Positions 45,286 to 58,767 of a DNA stretch of 64,000 bases are shown here, one piece after another (the first letter of the stretch is position 1; each line of letters opens with the position of its first letter). A model generated the notes under the pieces. It was not told the origin of the DNA. It did not search any database and saw only the letters and a list, made by a program, of their open reading frames with translations. Source of the stretch: Blepharisma stoltei ATCC 30299 (lineage: Eukaryota; Protista; Ciliophora); assembly GCA_965603825.1 (NCBI GenBank), contig CBFDEM010000055.1, positions 62,001 through 126,000 on the forward strand, given 5' to 3'. The translations under genes were made by a program, and so were the position numbers.

Positions 45286-46683
45286 ATGGGCTGTTGTAGT
45301 AGTGCAGCATCTAGAAAAAATAATGAAAAACTGCCTCCTATGTCTACAAGTTTACGAGAATATCCTAGAAAGAATGTCCTGAACATAAAATCGTGCCGCC
45401 AATCAGCTTCAAAAAAGCAGAAAAGATGTGATGTTGAATTTACTGTCACGAATCCTGTCTTTGCATACTCAAAGCGGTTTAATATTGATAATAAAACATT
45501 GTGGGCGTCTGCTTGTGTGCTGCCTGGGTTCGACCCAAAGGGAGAAATTCCGAAAACTTGCCAAGACAGCTGCACATTTTTGAATGATGAGAACAGTGTT
45601 TTACTGGCACTGTTTGATGGGCATGGACCTGAAGGAGACAAAGTAGCGAAAAGATGTGGAGAAGTGACAGAGAAATTTTTCTTGACCAGAAAATCAAGGT
45701 TTGAGGTAAAAAAAAAATAGGATGATCCGATGAGATTGCTAAATGAAATCACGAAGAGATGCGATGATGACGTCCAAGGTTCCACAAAACTTGACGCCTA
45801 TTATTCAGGAGCTACAGAAGTCTTAGTTTATTATCATAATGAAAGCCTTTATTGCGCAAGCTTAGGAGACTCAAGAGCAATTCTTGCAACCACTGAGCCT
45901 CCTGAAACCAGCCCGGCTCCTACAGCTTTGTGGGGAGAAGAAAAAAAAGTTTTAGACGAAGTAAAAATTCGAAGAAATAGCGAAGTAAACTCAAAAATCA
46001 AAGCAATCCAGCTCACAAAGGACCAAAAACCAGAAGACCCTGAAGAGCACGCAAGAATTATCAAAAGTGGCGGCAGGGTCCAAAGAACGCGTGACCAAAA
46101 CGGCAACCAAATTGGTCCTTTCAGAGTATGAGAATCAACAGTAAACGCCCCAGGGCTCGCAATGAGTCGGTCAATAGGCGACGGCATGGGCACCAGAATA
46201 GGTGTCATCTCAACGCCTATTTGTACAGAGTATCAGCTAAAAGCAGAATCTGACTATTTTATTGTAGTTGCTTCAGATGGTATATGAGATGCTCTCGACA
46301 ATCAAGACGTAGTAAATTTTGTGGAGTATCATAGAAACAAATGTAGGAGAGAAATTATGGAAATCCCAACCGATGAAGTAATTTCACAGGAAAATGCATG
46401 CATTGCACAACTTTTATGCGAAGAAGCAAGAGCAAGATGGTTTACTATTGTAGAGGAAGAAGATGTGATGATTGACGATATTTCTTGCGTGATTTTGGAA
46501 ATGAATGAAAGCCAATTTTTTATTGGAAAAAGCGAGATAAATAAACTTCCAGATATAGAGCCTGCGGTTAAGCGGCTAGATAGTAAAAAGCATAAAGTAC
46601 CATCTTTAGATGAAGTAAACCTATTGGATCCAAGAAGAAGCTCAATTGTGCAAGAAAGCATGGATATCTTATTAACTGAGTAA
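45286..46683 (+). CDS. PP2C/PPM protein phosphatase, acylation-type N-terminus (MGCCSS)
   Basis: CQDS, FDGHG, GDSRA, LTKDQKP, GLAMSRSIGD, VASDGIW(TGA)D, DDISC. 15-nt intron 45706-45720. Confidence 0.93.
45706..45720 (+). other. 15-nt intron GTAAAAAAAAAATAG
   Basis: Removal deletes an in-frame TAG and gives RFE|DDPMRLL. Confidence 0.88.
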
Positions 46684-46769
46684 TTGAAGGTAGATACTAA
46701 TTTGTAAATAATTTTACTTAGATTTATTATTAAAATCGTTTATCTAGAGTTAATTAAATTAGAATTCGT

Positions 46770-47843
46770 CTACATTTTATTTTTTTTGTATTTATAAATT
46801 TTCATAAATAACGGAATTCATTTTAGAAAATTCAAAAATGAAAATTTTGTATGGTAGAGTTTCTCGCAAAAACAGTCAGTTTCATCATATATAAGCTCTA
46901 TGGATTTGCAAATATTAACAATTCTATCAGATTCGATGATGTTTGTTTCAGTTCATTTATTGAATAGGGTCCTTAAATCTTTTATTTTCTTTCTTAGGTT
47001 ATACATTTTCAGATTATCGGAAAAATCAAGATTTTTATTTCCAAAAAAGTGCTCATGAACACTACAAACTGCCAAAAATTCTTCTTTATCAAAATTTTCT
47101 TTATTTATAATTGCAAAAGTCCTAATTATTATACTGGCTTTATGGCTATACTCTTCAATATTTACTTTCATATTTTCATCATTATTCCAGGGTTCTAATA
47201 GACAATCGCTAAATCCTAAATTATCTGAGGAGAGATAATCAATTAAAATTTGCTTGTTCACTTTATCTGCATCGTCTGCATTGATCAATTCATAAATCTT
47301 TTCATACTTTGAGTTGACTTTGCTATGGAAGTATTCTATTTCATCCATCATTGAAATTTGAGGCATTTTTGGTATTATGGCTTTTATTTTAGGAAGCTTA
47401 ATAGCCCTAGATTGACTTAGTTCGTCGTTAATAATGTATGAATTTCCTAAGTAAATTGATTTTTCATGGCCATGGGTTATATCAAATGATGAATGGAGAG
47501 GATTTGGAGCCTCTTTATATTTCATTTTCAATAGTGGAGACTTCGATTTGCTAAATTTGTTCGATAGAGATATGTTCGGGCTACAGGGTAGCATTCCTTG
47601 GAAGCTCATGTTTTTATCTTTTTTATGAGTATAACTGAATTTTTGGTGATTTTTTTGGTTCTTTTGCTTAAGAGTAATATGACTTCCTAAATCATCAATT
47701 TTTGCTGGTGTTAATAATTGATAGTGTTTTATTTTATTTTCCACAGATTCGGAGCTTCTATGCACTTTTACTCTTTTTTTATACGAAGAAGGATAGAATT
47801 TTCCTGTTAAACTTGGATCCAAAAAACTCTTATAGCTGAACAT
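46770..47843 (-). CDS. Hypothetical protein with degenerate EF-hand-like C-terminal half
   Basis: Extends past TGA 46953 to TAG 46770. INADDADKVNKQILIDYL, FDKEEFLAVC. Confidence 0.7.
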
Positions 47844-47927
47844 TTTTTACCTGAAAATCTTAATAATTTCAATTAAATCATTATTGTGAAAATCAATATT
47901 TATAAAATCTTATTTATAGTCAAAATA

Positions 47928-50855
47928 ATGAAAAAGGTGAATAGTCTAAAAACTTTTGATAGAAGAGTAGGTCCTTCTCATGATATCACCCCAGAAGAAA
48001 CCGCAAGAAGCAGCACACCTGTTAACATCAGTAAACTTCCTCTTTCCCCAACCCTTGGAAATCCTTTAAGCTCAAAAGTTCTTCCTAATAAATTTAAGTA
48101 CACTACCTTAAGCAAGCTTGACTTATCCAAATCAAAAGGCTTAACTACAAATAGAACCCTAGATCCTCTTACCTCAATCAGCAATATTTCTTATATTAAT
48201 AAAAGTAACACATTTAATGAATCCGTGAAGCCTACCACAATAAATTATCTCGAAAAATATACTCATAAATTACAAGGACTTAAGCTTTCTCAAGCCAACA
48301 CAAGAGCGTCCTTCTTAATCGAATCCGAAAAAGCTAAAGATATTGACTCCCAATTTGATGGATTAAGAGAACAATCAAAAGTAACTTACAGTTAGGATTT
48401 GTTGAAAGGCAAAAAAGACTTAATTTCTTTATCAAATCTACAAATAGCAGTAGAATATTTATCTAAAACAGTCAGGATTATTTAGGTTATCCATTGCGAT
48501 TGATTTAATCAGGAAGGGAAAATGCTAGCTCTTAAAGAATGCCATCATTTAGAGAAAATCCTTTCAGACACTATCAGCTCAGTCGTAAGAATTCACGACT
48601 CTTGAATACAGTTTAAGGAAAGAGTTGAAAATTATGAGAAAAATAGCAACGAGGCTGCAAAAGATGCACTGAAATATAAGAAAAAGTATAATGATTTAAA
48701 AGAAAGATTAAAAGAATGGCAAAGAAAAAGCAGAATAGAAGTCGAAAAATATGAAGCAAAAGAAAAAAATTGGAATATGGAAAAAGCGATTCTAGAAAAT
48801 CATCTTCAAGCTAACCTAAGAACACCTGAACCAGTTAGAAATAATGATGAATTAGCTAAAGCAATTAAATCGATAACCCAGGAAAAAATGAATTTAGAAG
48901 AAGCTATAGGGCTGCATAAAAAGATTATTGAGGCCAATAGAATTAGTATGAGTAAGTTACAGCATGAGCTAGGCCTGTCTAAAGATGTGATTTCTGATAA
49001 AAATCAAGAAATTGAAAGACTCACAAATGAAAGTCATGATTATATGCATAGACTTGAAGCTGCTCAAGATTTAAATAAAAAGCTGAAACATTCTTTAGAT
49101 AGGCAGGTCAATAGAATGCTGATGATTTCTGAAGACCTTGATGCCGTCATCATTGCAAAAACAGCTGTAAAAAGAAGTTATGACACTTTGAAATCAGACT
49201 ATGAAATGCTGAAATACGCTGTAATAGAAGGCAAAGATACTTCTCATTTTGAGCTAGAAGTTATGGTCCCGCTCACAGACCCTCTTTTTGATCTTGCTAG
49301 ATCTACTTTAGGAACATTTAACAAAAACACTAATACTCCATCAGTTTTCAATAAAGAGGACATTAACGAAATTGATTTAACCAAGTTCAAATATGCGCGT
49401 CCTACTTTTACACAAATGGTTGGGGTTCCGAGCTCGAGTCAGGCTTTATTTTCTCCGCCTTTTCAAAATTGAATATATATAGTTATAAGAGCTATTTACG
49501 ATTCAAAATACTTTGAGCATCTAATGTGTGGAGCTTCTCCATACCGAACACCTTCAAGATTCACTGATTTTGTATATAATTGACTAGGGCAATTTACAAT
49601 TGATGAAACTTCTCGAACAGTCAAAGAGCTAGAATGGTGGAAAAAAAACCAAGCTGATGAAATCAGATTTACCTTACTGCTTGGGATCACTCAAGAATCA
49701 GCAAAAAAGCTATGAGAATTAAACACTTTTCGAGAGTTTTTAAATGAAGATTTAATGCTTGATGAACTTGGATTTTATATGCACTGCCGATATATGCTGT
49801 TTAAAGGGCCTGAACTAAACCAAACTTCTGCTAAATACGTAGCCTTGCATTATATAAATTTAGCCAGGGCTATTGAAACTGTTCAAATCACGATGAAAAA
49901 TCTCCCAGAAAACAACCTCAGAGAACTCATAGGAATTCTCGAAAGCAAGTCAACAGAAAACCAAGGCGCAAAATCAATAGAATGCTCTTTAGCATTAAGA
50001 GTGATGCTAGAATATTATCGGCAAGAAAAAAAACATAGGTACGCTGCTATTGTTGATCTTTTTGAAGAAGCCAAAAAAGTTGGCAAAGGGAAGGAAATTA
50101 GTTATAAGGCCTTTCATTCTATATGCAAAAATATTTCTCATAATATACCTGAAAGTATGATGATCAAAATGTATCGGGATTGCTGGAACATTTCTAATGA
50201 GTGCATAACAGCTGACGACTTCTTCTTAATTGCTAATGAGAATGGGCTATTTTATAATATTTTGCTTCTGAAAGGGCAATGAGAGAAACCAGAACTAAAA
50301 GCTGATGGAGAGATCGATATTTTTGCTGGAAAATATTCATATAAAATGGGACAAATCCACAAGGATTATAAAGAAGATGCAAGAAATCTTGAATATGTCA
50401 AAGACTGCATGAATTCTATGGGAATTTGTGAACTTAAAGAACAGATAAATAAGCTTGAGCATCTGATACTCCATAAATACGAAATGCCAATAGAGGAGTA
50501 CTGGGTGTGGAATTTAGAAGATATTTATAACCATTTATGGTGCTTATTTTTACAAGGACAACATGCATTTTTAGAGTACAACTCCCATGATATCAGATAT
50601 CTGGGGTATAAATTAACACTGGAAGAAAAAGATATAGGAAGACCGACGATGAGCAACATTAAAACTGCGTGCGAAAAATTCATTGAAATTTTGAGGAGTA
50701 TGGAAATAAAGAAATTCCATTCAAAAATAGCTGCAACTAAGATTCAAAGGCTGTGGAGATCTAAGCCAGAAAAGAATGTAGCGTTTATAGCTACCGTTGT
50801 AAAAAGCGTTACGAAATTTAAAGAGGGTATTAAAAAGAAAGAACACCATAAATAA
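47928..50855 (+). CDS. Large coiled-coil protein with C-terminal IQ motif
   Basis: Four track ORFs join through two 15-nt introns and several TGA=Trp. IQ motif AATKIQRLWRSK. Confidence 0.85.
48381..48395 (+). other. 15-nt intron GTAACTTACAGTTAG
   Basis: Removal deletes an in-frame TAG. Confidence 0.87.
48471..48485 (+). other. 15-nt intron GTCAGGATTATTTAG
   Basis: Removal deletes an in-frame TAG and the frame continues to 48777. Confidence 0.82.
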
Positions 50856-51211
50856 AGGCTGTTAATTTAACATAAGAATTAATAAAAAATAAAAATTAAA
50901 TTAGATGATTTATAATAAAAATCTCTGTGCAGGAAATTAAAAATTATAAAACTGTTATTATCTAAAAGAGATCTTACCTAATAAAGCTTCAAAATTTTTT
51001 ATATAAGTTGACAATGAGTCATAGTGAAGAATATTAATAATTAATAAATTCAAAAAATAAATTTGTTTCTGTGGATGGATTTATTTTAAAGCTTACTTAA
51101 TTGATACTTGCAATGGTAAGTATGATTGCGTTACATATTCCGCAAAAGTTAGTAATTCTAAAATAATTGGAATAGTAGTATACTTTCAAAATTCAATCAA
51201 TCTAATATAAA

Positions 51212-52747
51212 ATGGGTTGCACTGGAGGGAAAGTAAAAGATATTGCTGTGCCTATTCGCCCTAAATCCTTACGTCCTAATAATGAGGAGAAAAAGCTAAA
51301 AGATGATACTCTATCAGAGAGCCAATCTATTAAATCTCCTAATAACTTCACTCTCATACAAAACGAAAGGAAAATTTTTGTTTCAGGAGAGTCTTTTCTA
51401 GACATTTACGATGTCCAAGAAGTGATCGCTATGTTTCCCTATGCTGAATACCGAAAATGCATTCATAAAAAAACTGGCCTGATCAGATCTGTTAAGATTG
51501 TCCCAATTCCAAAATCTAACGAAAGCTACTTTGATGAAAAGAGCTTAAGGCGTGAAGTCAAGGCTTTATCAAAGCTAGATCATCCTAATATATTAAAAAT
51601 CTTTGATATCCTTGCTGATGATAAAAGATTTTATATCGTTATGGAGTGTTGAGACGGAGGATTGTTACTAGACAAGTTAAAAGAAGAAAGAGTTTTAACC
51701 GAAGTGCAAGTGAGCTCACTTATTGAGCAATTATTGTCTGCCGTTGCATATGCTCATGATCATAAAGTTCTGCATCGAGACCTATCTCCAAACTCTATTT
51801 GCCTTATGAAAAAAGGAAATGATTTAATTATAAAAATAATTGATTTTGGGGTATCTGCATTTGTTGATATGAGTCGTCATTATCAAGAAAAGCTTGGAAA
51901 CTCATTTTATACAGCCCCAGAAGTATCTGATGAATTTTATAATGAAAAATGCGACCTTTGGAGCATAGGGTGTATCATGTATTTATTATTAACCGGGAAA
52001 GCTCCATTTAAAAATAGAACCCAAAAAGAGCTTGAACTAAGCCTTAAACAAGATCTTGTTGATGTATCCATCCTTGAAAATTTATCAATTTCTGGTAATG
52101 CTATATTATTACTCAAAGATTTACTCAATAAAGATTTTTCCACAAGAATTAGTGCGCTAGCAGCTCTGCAAAACCCTTGGGTCAAAAATTTTCGTGAAAA
52201 TATAAATATAAACCCAAATATCCTTCAAAAATCTATGGAAAATTTAATTTCATTTCACTGCTCATCAAAGCTGAAAGATGGAATCCAAGCCTTTATTGCT
52301 TCCCAAATAATGACCCATGATGACTCAGAAGAACTCTTAAAAGCTTTCAAAAATATTGACAAAAATGGCGACGGGAAGCTGAGCAAAGTTGAGCTTATTA
52401 AATTTTATTCCAGTGTAATGGGCGATCATGTAGGCAGGGATTTTGCCAAAGAAACGCTAAATAATGTCGATATTGATGGGAATGGGTCTTTAGAATTTAC
52501 TGAATTTTTAAGGGCAAGTGCTGAGCATCAGCTTTTATTGTCAAAAAAAAATTTAGAAGTAACTTTTTCAATGCTTGATAAGGACGCAAGTGGGAAAATT
52601 TCTGTGTCTGAGCTCCAAGAAATGCTAGAAAATACAATTTTAATAAATAACCAAACATGGCAAGAAATAATTCGAGAAGCAGACCAAAATCTGGATGGTG
52701 AAATTGACATGAAGGAATTTTACTCTCTCCTTATTAATAAATTTTAA
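51212..52747 (+). CDS. Calcium-dependent protein kinase (CDPK) with four EF-hands and an atypical kinase core
   Basis: MGC start, kinase domain (HRDLSP, DFG, YTAPE), junction, EF loops DKNGDGKLS, DIDGNGSLE, DKDASGKIS, DQNLDGEID. TGA at 51650. Confidence 0.92.
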
Positions 52748-52764
52748 CCTAATTTTATAGAATT

Positions 52765-55700
52765 TTAACTAATTTCGCTCTCAACAAACTCAGTGATATT
52801 GAATCCTTCAGTTTCTTTACCCGTTTTTTCTTCTTTCTTTTCTTTTTGTTTTTTCGGCCTCTTATTCATTCCCATAAACATTTTAGCATGGTTTGCGTGC
52901 TCAATATCATTATCATCAAGCAGAAGCTCAGTTAGCTCTGATGGCCTAAAAATGTCAGCTTTAAATGCACCTCCTGCGTAGACTGTAGATTGTACCGTTT
53001 GCTTTTGTTTGGCTCTTTTAAGGATATTTTCTTCAACAGTATGAGAAGTGATGAGCCTATACACATCAACTGGCTTTGTTTGGCCGATTCTATGCACTCT
53101 ATCTGTAGCCTGAGCATCCATTGTAGGATTCCAATCAATATCATAAAAAATGACGGTATCAGCTGCAGTTAAATTTACACCTAGGCCTCCAGCTCTTGTA
53201 GAAAGGATAAATACAAAAACATCAGTATGGTTTTGAAATTCATCTATCAAGTCTCTACGCTCTGATATATTTGTAGACCCATCCATGCGCAAAAATGAGT
53301 ACTTTCTGAAATACAAAAAGTCTTCTAAAATGTCAAGCATTTTGGTCATTTGGCAGAAAATTAAGACTCTGTGGTTTTCGTCATATAGCTTTTTAAGGAG
53401 CCTATCAAGGATTTTTAGCTTGGCACTGTCGTGCAAAAGCTTTTCTATGCTTGGTAAATCTACATAACAAGGGGTTGGGATATTGAAACCTTGAGGGAAT
53501 AATAAATCAATATGCTGGCCTTGACACTCATGGAAATAGCTGGGCTTAAAGGAGTTTCCTAATAAAATCCTTTTGAGAGATGGAGACTGCTTTACAAATT
53601 GCCAATTCAATGCAAAGTGAATTGTGGAGCATGAAAATTCTATTGGAGATGCTATAGCAACTGGAGTCACTAAGTCTTTCAATATGTGAGGGATTATTTC
53701 ATCTGAAATCCTGATTGGGGCTTTAGAGTGTCTGTATAGCAGTAAAGGCAGCTTAGCACCTTCATATTTTAATAGACGTGAATACCTTTTGATATAATGC
53801 AATGCTATGATTCCTCTTATCAGCTGTGGAGACTCAATGATGTTAATTCCTTCATTATAAGTTAGCCCTAGAAGTCTGAAAAACCAAAAATAGTCTGTGT
53901 CATATATAGAAGGCAACTTTTTGATGTCAAGAAACAGCTCATTGTAAATTATCCTGGGAATATGGAAGCATATAGGATTTTTATTGCCAATACGAACTTC
54001 GGTAAGTTGATTAAAGCCTGGTTTTGGCTGGCAGTTTTGGAGAAGAGGGTCATGGAATGAAATTGGTGTGTGCTCAGGGCGTCTTTCAAATAGATCAGGA
54101 TGGTTGCAGACTTTTCGGAACTGCATCATTAAGTTCATTAGATTCTCCACTTTTGCTTTACTGTCTGTCATAGAAAATAGCTCACTTATGTTTAACTTCC
54201 TTTTAATCATACTATAAAGCATCTTTTGTCTGTTTGTGAGGTCACAGAAATACTCATGCTCAGTTTTCTTGCCGATCTCACTTTCGACATCTTTTTTTAC
54301 TCTTCTAAGCATAAAAGGTTTCAGAATCGCATGCAACCTTTGGAGCTGGTGCTGATTTAGTGAGCCAGCATCCACTGAATGAGCTTCTATGTCTTTAGAA
54401 AACCACTCTTCAAAATGCTCATGAGAATCAAAAAGCTTTGGCATGATAAAATGCAGCAAAGCCCATAGCTCAGCCATTGAATTTTGGATAGGAGTCCCAG
54501 TCAATAAAAGTTTGTTCCTTGCGTTAAATCCTAATAAAACATTTCATCTTTGAGTCGAAGTATTTTTAATGGCATGGGCTTCATCTAAAATCATATACTT
54601 CCACATAACTTTTTGAAAACTTTTCTCATCTGCTAAAACTAGCTGATAAGAAGTAACACAGACATGGAATGCGGAATCATCATTACCTAGTTTTTTATTT
54701 TGCATGTATCTTCTTAGAGATTTTCTTTCTTTCATTTGTCCCCAGTATGGGAGCGTTTTTAAAGTTGGGCAAAATTTATTTAACTCTGCAAGCCAGTTGT
54801 GTAAAGTCGAAGCTGGGCAAACAATTAAAAAAGGTCCCCAAATATTTTTGGTGTATGCTAAATGTGCAAGTAAAGCAATAGTTTGAATCGTTTTTCCAAG
54901 ACCCATTTCATCAGCTAAAATCCCATTGATTCCTTGATCATAAAGATTATCAAGCCACCTTAACCCTTTCATCTGATAATCTTTTAAGTACCCTGTAAAA
55001 ATTGGTGGGGTTTCTTCAATCCTCGAAAATATTTTTGTTTCATCAACTCTATCAAGTCCCATAAGTCCGACATCTTTCAAGTCTTCATTATTCGCATCTG
55101 AGTCATCTCCAAACTTCTTTAAATGGTCTCTGTGCTCTTTTATCATAGTTTTCACACTTTCTCTTGCCTGGTCTTCATCGACTCCAATGCTTGATACATG
55201 GGAAGTCACAGTAGGCATGATCCCCAGCTTCTGTGCCATAAAAATTGCATAAATATCAGACTGTCTCATGATATACTCTAGCTTCTTCCTCTGTTTTAAT
55301 GATTCTTCCTCTTCTTCTCTTTTCTTCCTAATTTCGTTTTCTTCCCTTTCCCTTTTTCTCCTCATATCAGCCGTTTCTCTTTCTTTTCTTTTCCAATAGC
55401 TGACCATTTCTCTCTGCAATCTTTTCGCCCTCACTGTGGACTCTTTTGCCTCTCTTTGCATTTTGTTAGCTTTTTTGGCTACTTCTTTTGAGCAAAGCTG
55501 GCTGATCCTTTTGCAGTTATTCCTGAGGTCTCCTCTTTGTTTTTGCATGCCTTTAAAAGCTTTAGGAAGGTCTCGCTTTATGAGGAAACTTAATGCTTTT
55601 TTGATTAAAATGCTTTCCACTTTTTCTGATACACTTTTATTTGTGGAGCGAGGCTTTTGAGTTTTTGTGGGCGCACGCGGGAGCTCTTTTGAAGCCGTAA

Positions 55701-56316
55701 TTTTGCGTATTGATGGATTGTGGATCTTTAAAGTAGAGGTAGGTTTGACTCTGGCAAGCAGCGCGCTAAGTTGTTCTGGTCGGAAATTTTCAAAGCTGAA
55801 GCTTAATTTAGGTAATTTATTTGGATCAATTCGATATTTTTGAATGGCCATAATATCGCTTCTTCTTAAGCCTGAATATCTTTCCTGATCTAGTGAAAAA
55901 TCTTGTTCATATGCTTTTTTGAGGAGAATTTCTTCTTCTGCTCTTTCTTCTTCGTCTGTGTCTGATAGCTCACAACATTTTCTGAGATAATGTTCGATTT
56001 TGTGCGCCCTGTTATTGAGCTTGAGGACCTTATAAGGGAACATTCCTTGTTCACATGAGCTTTCCTGCTCTGAATCAAGGGATTTTCTGATCTCTACTTC
56101 ATAGCGTTGGCGTTTGTGAGGGAGGAGAGGCGTTCCTGCAATGGGAAGAGATGGAAGGCTTAAAAGTGAAGACTGAGGATGTGTCTCAGAGGACACTGAG
56201 GGTTGAGATTGATCCTCATATATACTAAACTCTACTGATCTCTGTGTGAATGTTACCTCTAAGGTGTTTCTGAGTAGATAGGCGAGCATCGATAAATCTC
56301 GTCCACTGGTTGACAT
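52765..56316 (-). CDS. INO80: INO80 chromatin-remodelling ATPase
   Basis: DBINO region (RAKRLQREMVSYWKR...QRKKLEYIMRQSDIY), GILADEMGLGKT, DEAHAIK...RW(TGA), split SNF2 helicase with LMNLMMQFRKVCNHPDLFER. The start codon is uncertain. Confidence 0.95.
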
Positions 56317-57241
56317 ATTTCGTGCAAGATTCTCTTGAGATGACTTCCATCTTTCGGAAGGGGTTCTACTTAGGCATTAACGAAGATAATTTAATTTTAA
56401 AAAATGATTACTTTATATAGGAAGAAAAATTTTTATTTGAAGAATTTAAGGATATATTGATCTTGCTAAGTATATTGCTGGTTAAGTATTTTATAATTTT
56501 ACTTTTAAAATGAAAATATATTGAGATATTTCTTCATTTCACTGCCTCATACGATATTTTCGTCCTTGAAAAATGCCAGACATTTAATAGCAATCAATAA
56601 AATCTTAACACTTTTAGCAGCAACAAAAAACTCATTTTAGCTCGTTTCTTCAAAAATGCTATCATCAATCTTTTACTAGAAAATAAAATAACATATATCT
56701 GCGATATTTATCAATGCTAAAAATCGAAATTATCAGTTTTTAAGCGAGGATGTCATATTCGATTTTTAAATTTGCTTCTTCTCTTCTCCTCTAAATTATC
56801 CGAATCATTTCTTTAAAAATCAGAAAAGATTTATATTTTTTTAAAATTTATGAATTCATATAAATACGAACAAAAAGATAAGAGAAGTTGTGGTTTTATA
56901 GTTAATTTAAATATTCTAAAAATTTTAAATACTCCTTTTTTATTGCATTTCTGGTATTTGTCTCATTTTTTAAACTTTTCTAATATTATTAGACTTTATT
57001 TCACAAAGTTCTATATCAATACCTGTCTTTATGTTTATATCATTTGCATCATGAAATGCCAGCTTGGCTCAATTTGTATTCCCGCCGTTAAACCCCGTAG
57101 CGAATACTTTCTTATTCGTTTCTATCCATTTTTAAAGGATTAATACCTTATCAATTTCGATAATCTGCTCACAAAAATACCGAGATTTAAACTAACCATA
57201 TCATTTTATTTAAAAAATAGCTTCAATTTATTTATAAATTT

Positions 57242-58654
57242 ATGGGAAACTGGTGTATAAATGCGTCGCAAAAAATTCAAAGTATTCAAGACTTGCAATA
57301 TTTTAACTCCGTATTACTCAAAGTAACAGACCGAGATCATCACGTCAGGCACTCATCTGAAGAAATTCACCTTCCAGGTCCAATCCATCAGCAAAGTCTT
57401 CTTACAACTGTATATAAATTACCTTTAAGAATATGTGGCAGTGTCCTTCCAAATCTCGATCACCTAGATGGCAAAGCAAACCCCTCAATGGACACTTACG
57501 CTTTTCTTTCCAAAAATGGCTCGCTTTTTTGCATTCTTTTCGATGGACATGGAACAGAAGGTGACAAAATAATTGCCTACTGTAAAAAGTTTATGCTGAA
57601 TTACTTCTCAGAAAACACTGAAAAATTTGAAAATAGCCCAAAAGAATCAATAACTGAGATGGTTATTCAGTGTGATGAAAAGTTAAGTGAGAGCGGGATC
57701 AGTTACTCCTTATCAGGATGTACAGCGGTAGTACTTGTTATAAACTCTACAGGAATCCATATCGGGAGTGTAGGCCATCCCCAAGCTGTTTTAGCGACTC
57801 TGCCAAGTGATGATTCACCTACACTGAATGATGAAGCGCTTGAAGAATCTGATGGTGGGATGGAGGCAGGGCCGTATGTGAGAAGTATCGAACCGTCTCG
57901 AATTTTGGTACCAATACCGCTGACTGTGAAACAGAAACCTAATCATGAGGTAGAATATAAGAGAATAACAGAAGCTGGTGGAATAGTGGAAAGAATGGTA
58001 GATGAGCTAGGCCAGCCTATTGGGCCTTACAGAGTTTGATTGAATCCTGGCAACTTGCCTGGACTTACAACATCAAGAACTATCGGGGATGCGCTTGCTA
58101 AAGAAATCGGGGTGATTTCGACCCCAGTGTGCAATTCTTTTGAAATTTACCCTGAAGCTGATCAATTCATTGTAATTGCCAGCAATGGAATTTGGGATGT
58201 TATGGATCAGCTTGATGTCATCAATTTTGTGGAAAAATTCAGAACGTTTTGTAAAGGAAAATCATCTGAATACCCTGCTAACGCTAATAATTCTTCAATA
58301 GCTCGGCTTTTGTGCGAAGAAGCGAGATATAGGTGATTTGGAATAGTCGAAAAACAAAATGCTATGATAGATGATATATCTTGTATTATTATTGAGTTAA
58401 GTAATGTAGTACCAACCATGTCATTGGGAGAGTCTGCCAAAGCTAGAGCCTCAAGAGTATTAGAGCCTTGGAAAAGTCTTGCTATTGATAGTGAAGTTTA
58501 TTTTGGGAATAAGCATGCAATAAGGAATGATCCTGCCAGAGGAAGCATGACGACAGGAGAAATACAAAATGAAGTGATTGAAGCAGCTATGGAATTGCTG
58601 AAAAAAGAAGAAGAAGATGGGGAATCAAACCAAAACGTGCTGGAACTACTCTAG
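57242..58654 (+). CDS. PP2C-fold paralog with substituted metal ligands
   Basis: Collinear with 45286-46683 through two TGA=Trp. FDGHG and DDISC are kept, but GHPQA, LTVKQKP and ASNGIWD deviate. Confidence 0.88.
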
Positions 58655-58767
58655 ATATAATATATAAAAATAAGGTTATTTAATTTGTCTGAATTGCCAT
58701 TAATTACGGCTTAAATATTATTGGTTTGACATTATGAAAATAATCCAATAAATTAACAAAGAAAAAA

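Noticed and set aside
51650-51652. TGA at a position that is usually Cys in CDPKs (UGA=Cys or selenocysteine?)
   Set aside because: Single case in an already divergent kinase. The TGAs in conserved motifs elsewhere align with Trp and swap with TGG in paralogs.
56850-57143. 97-aa ORF between INO80 and PP2C
   Set aside because: F/I/L/Y-rich translation typical of AT-rich intergenic DNA.
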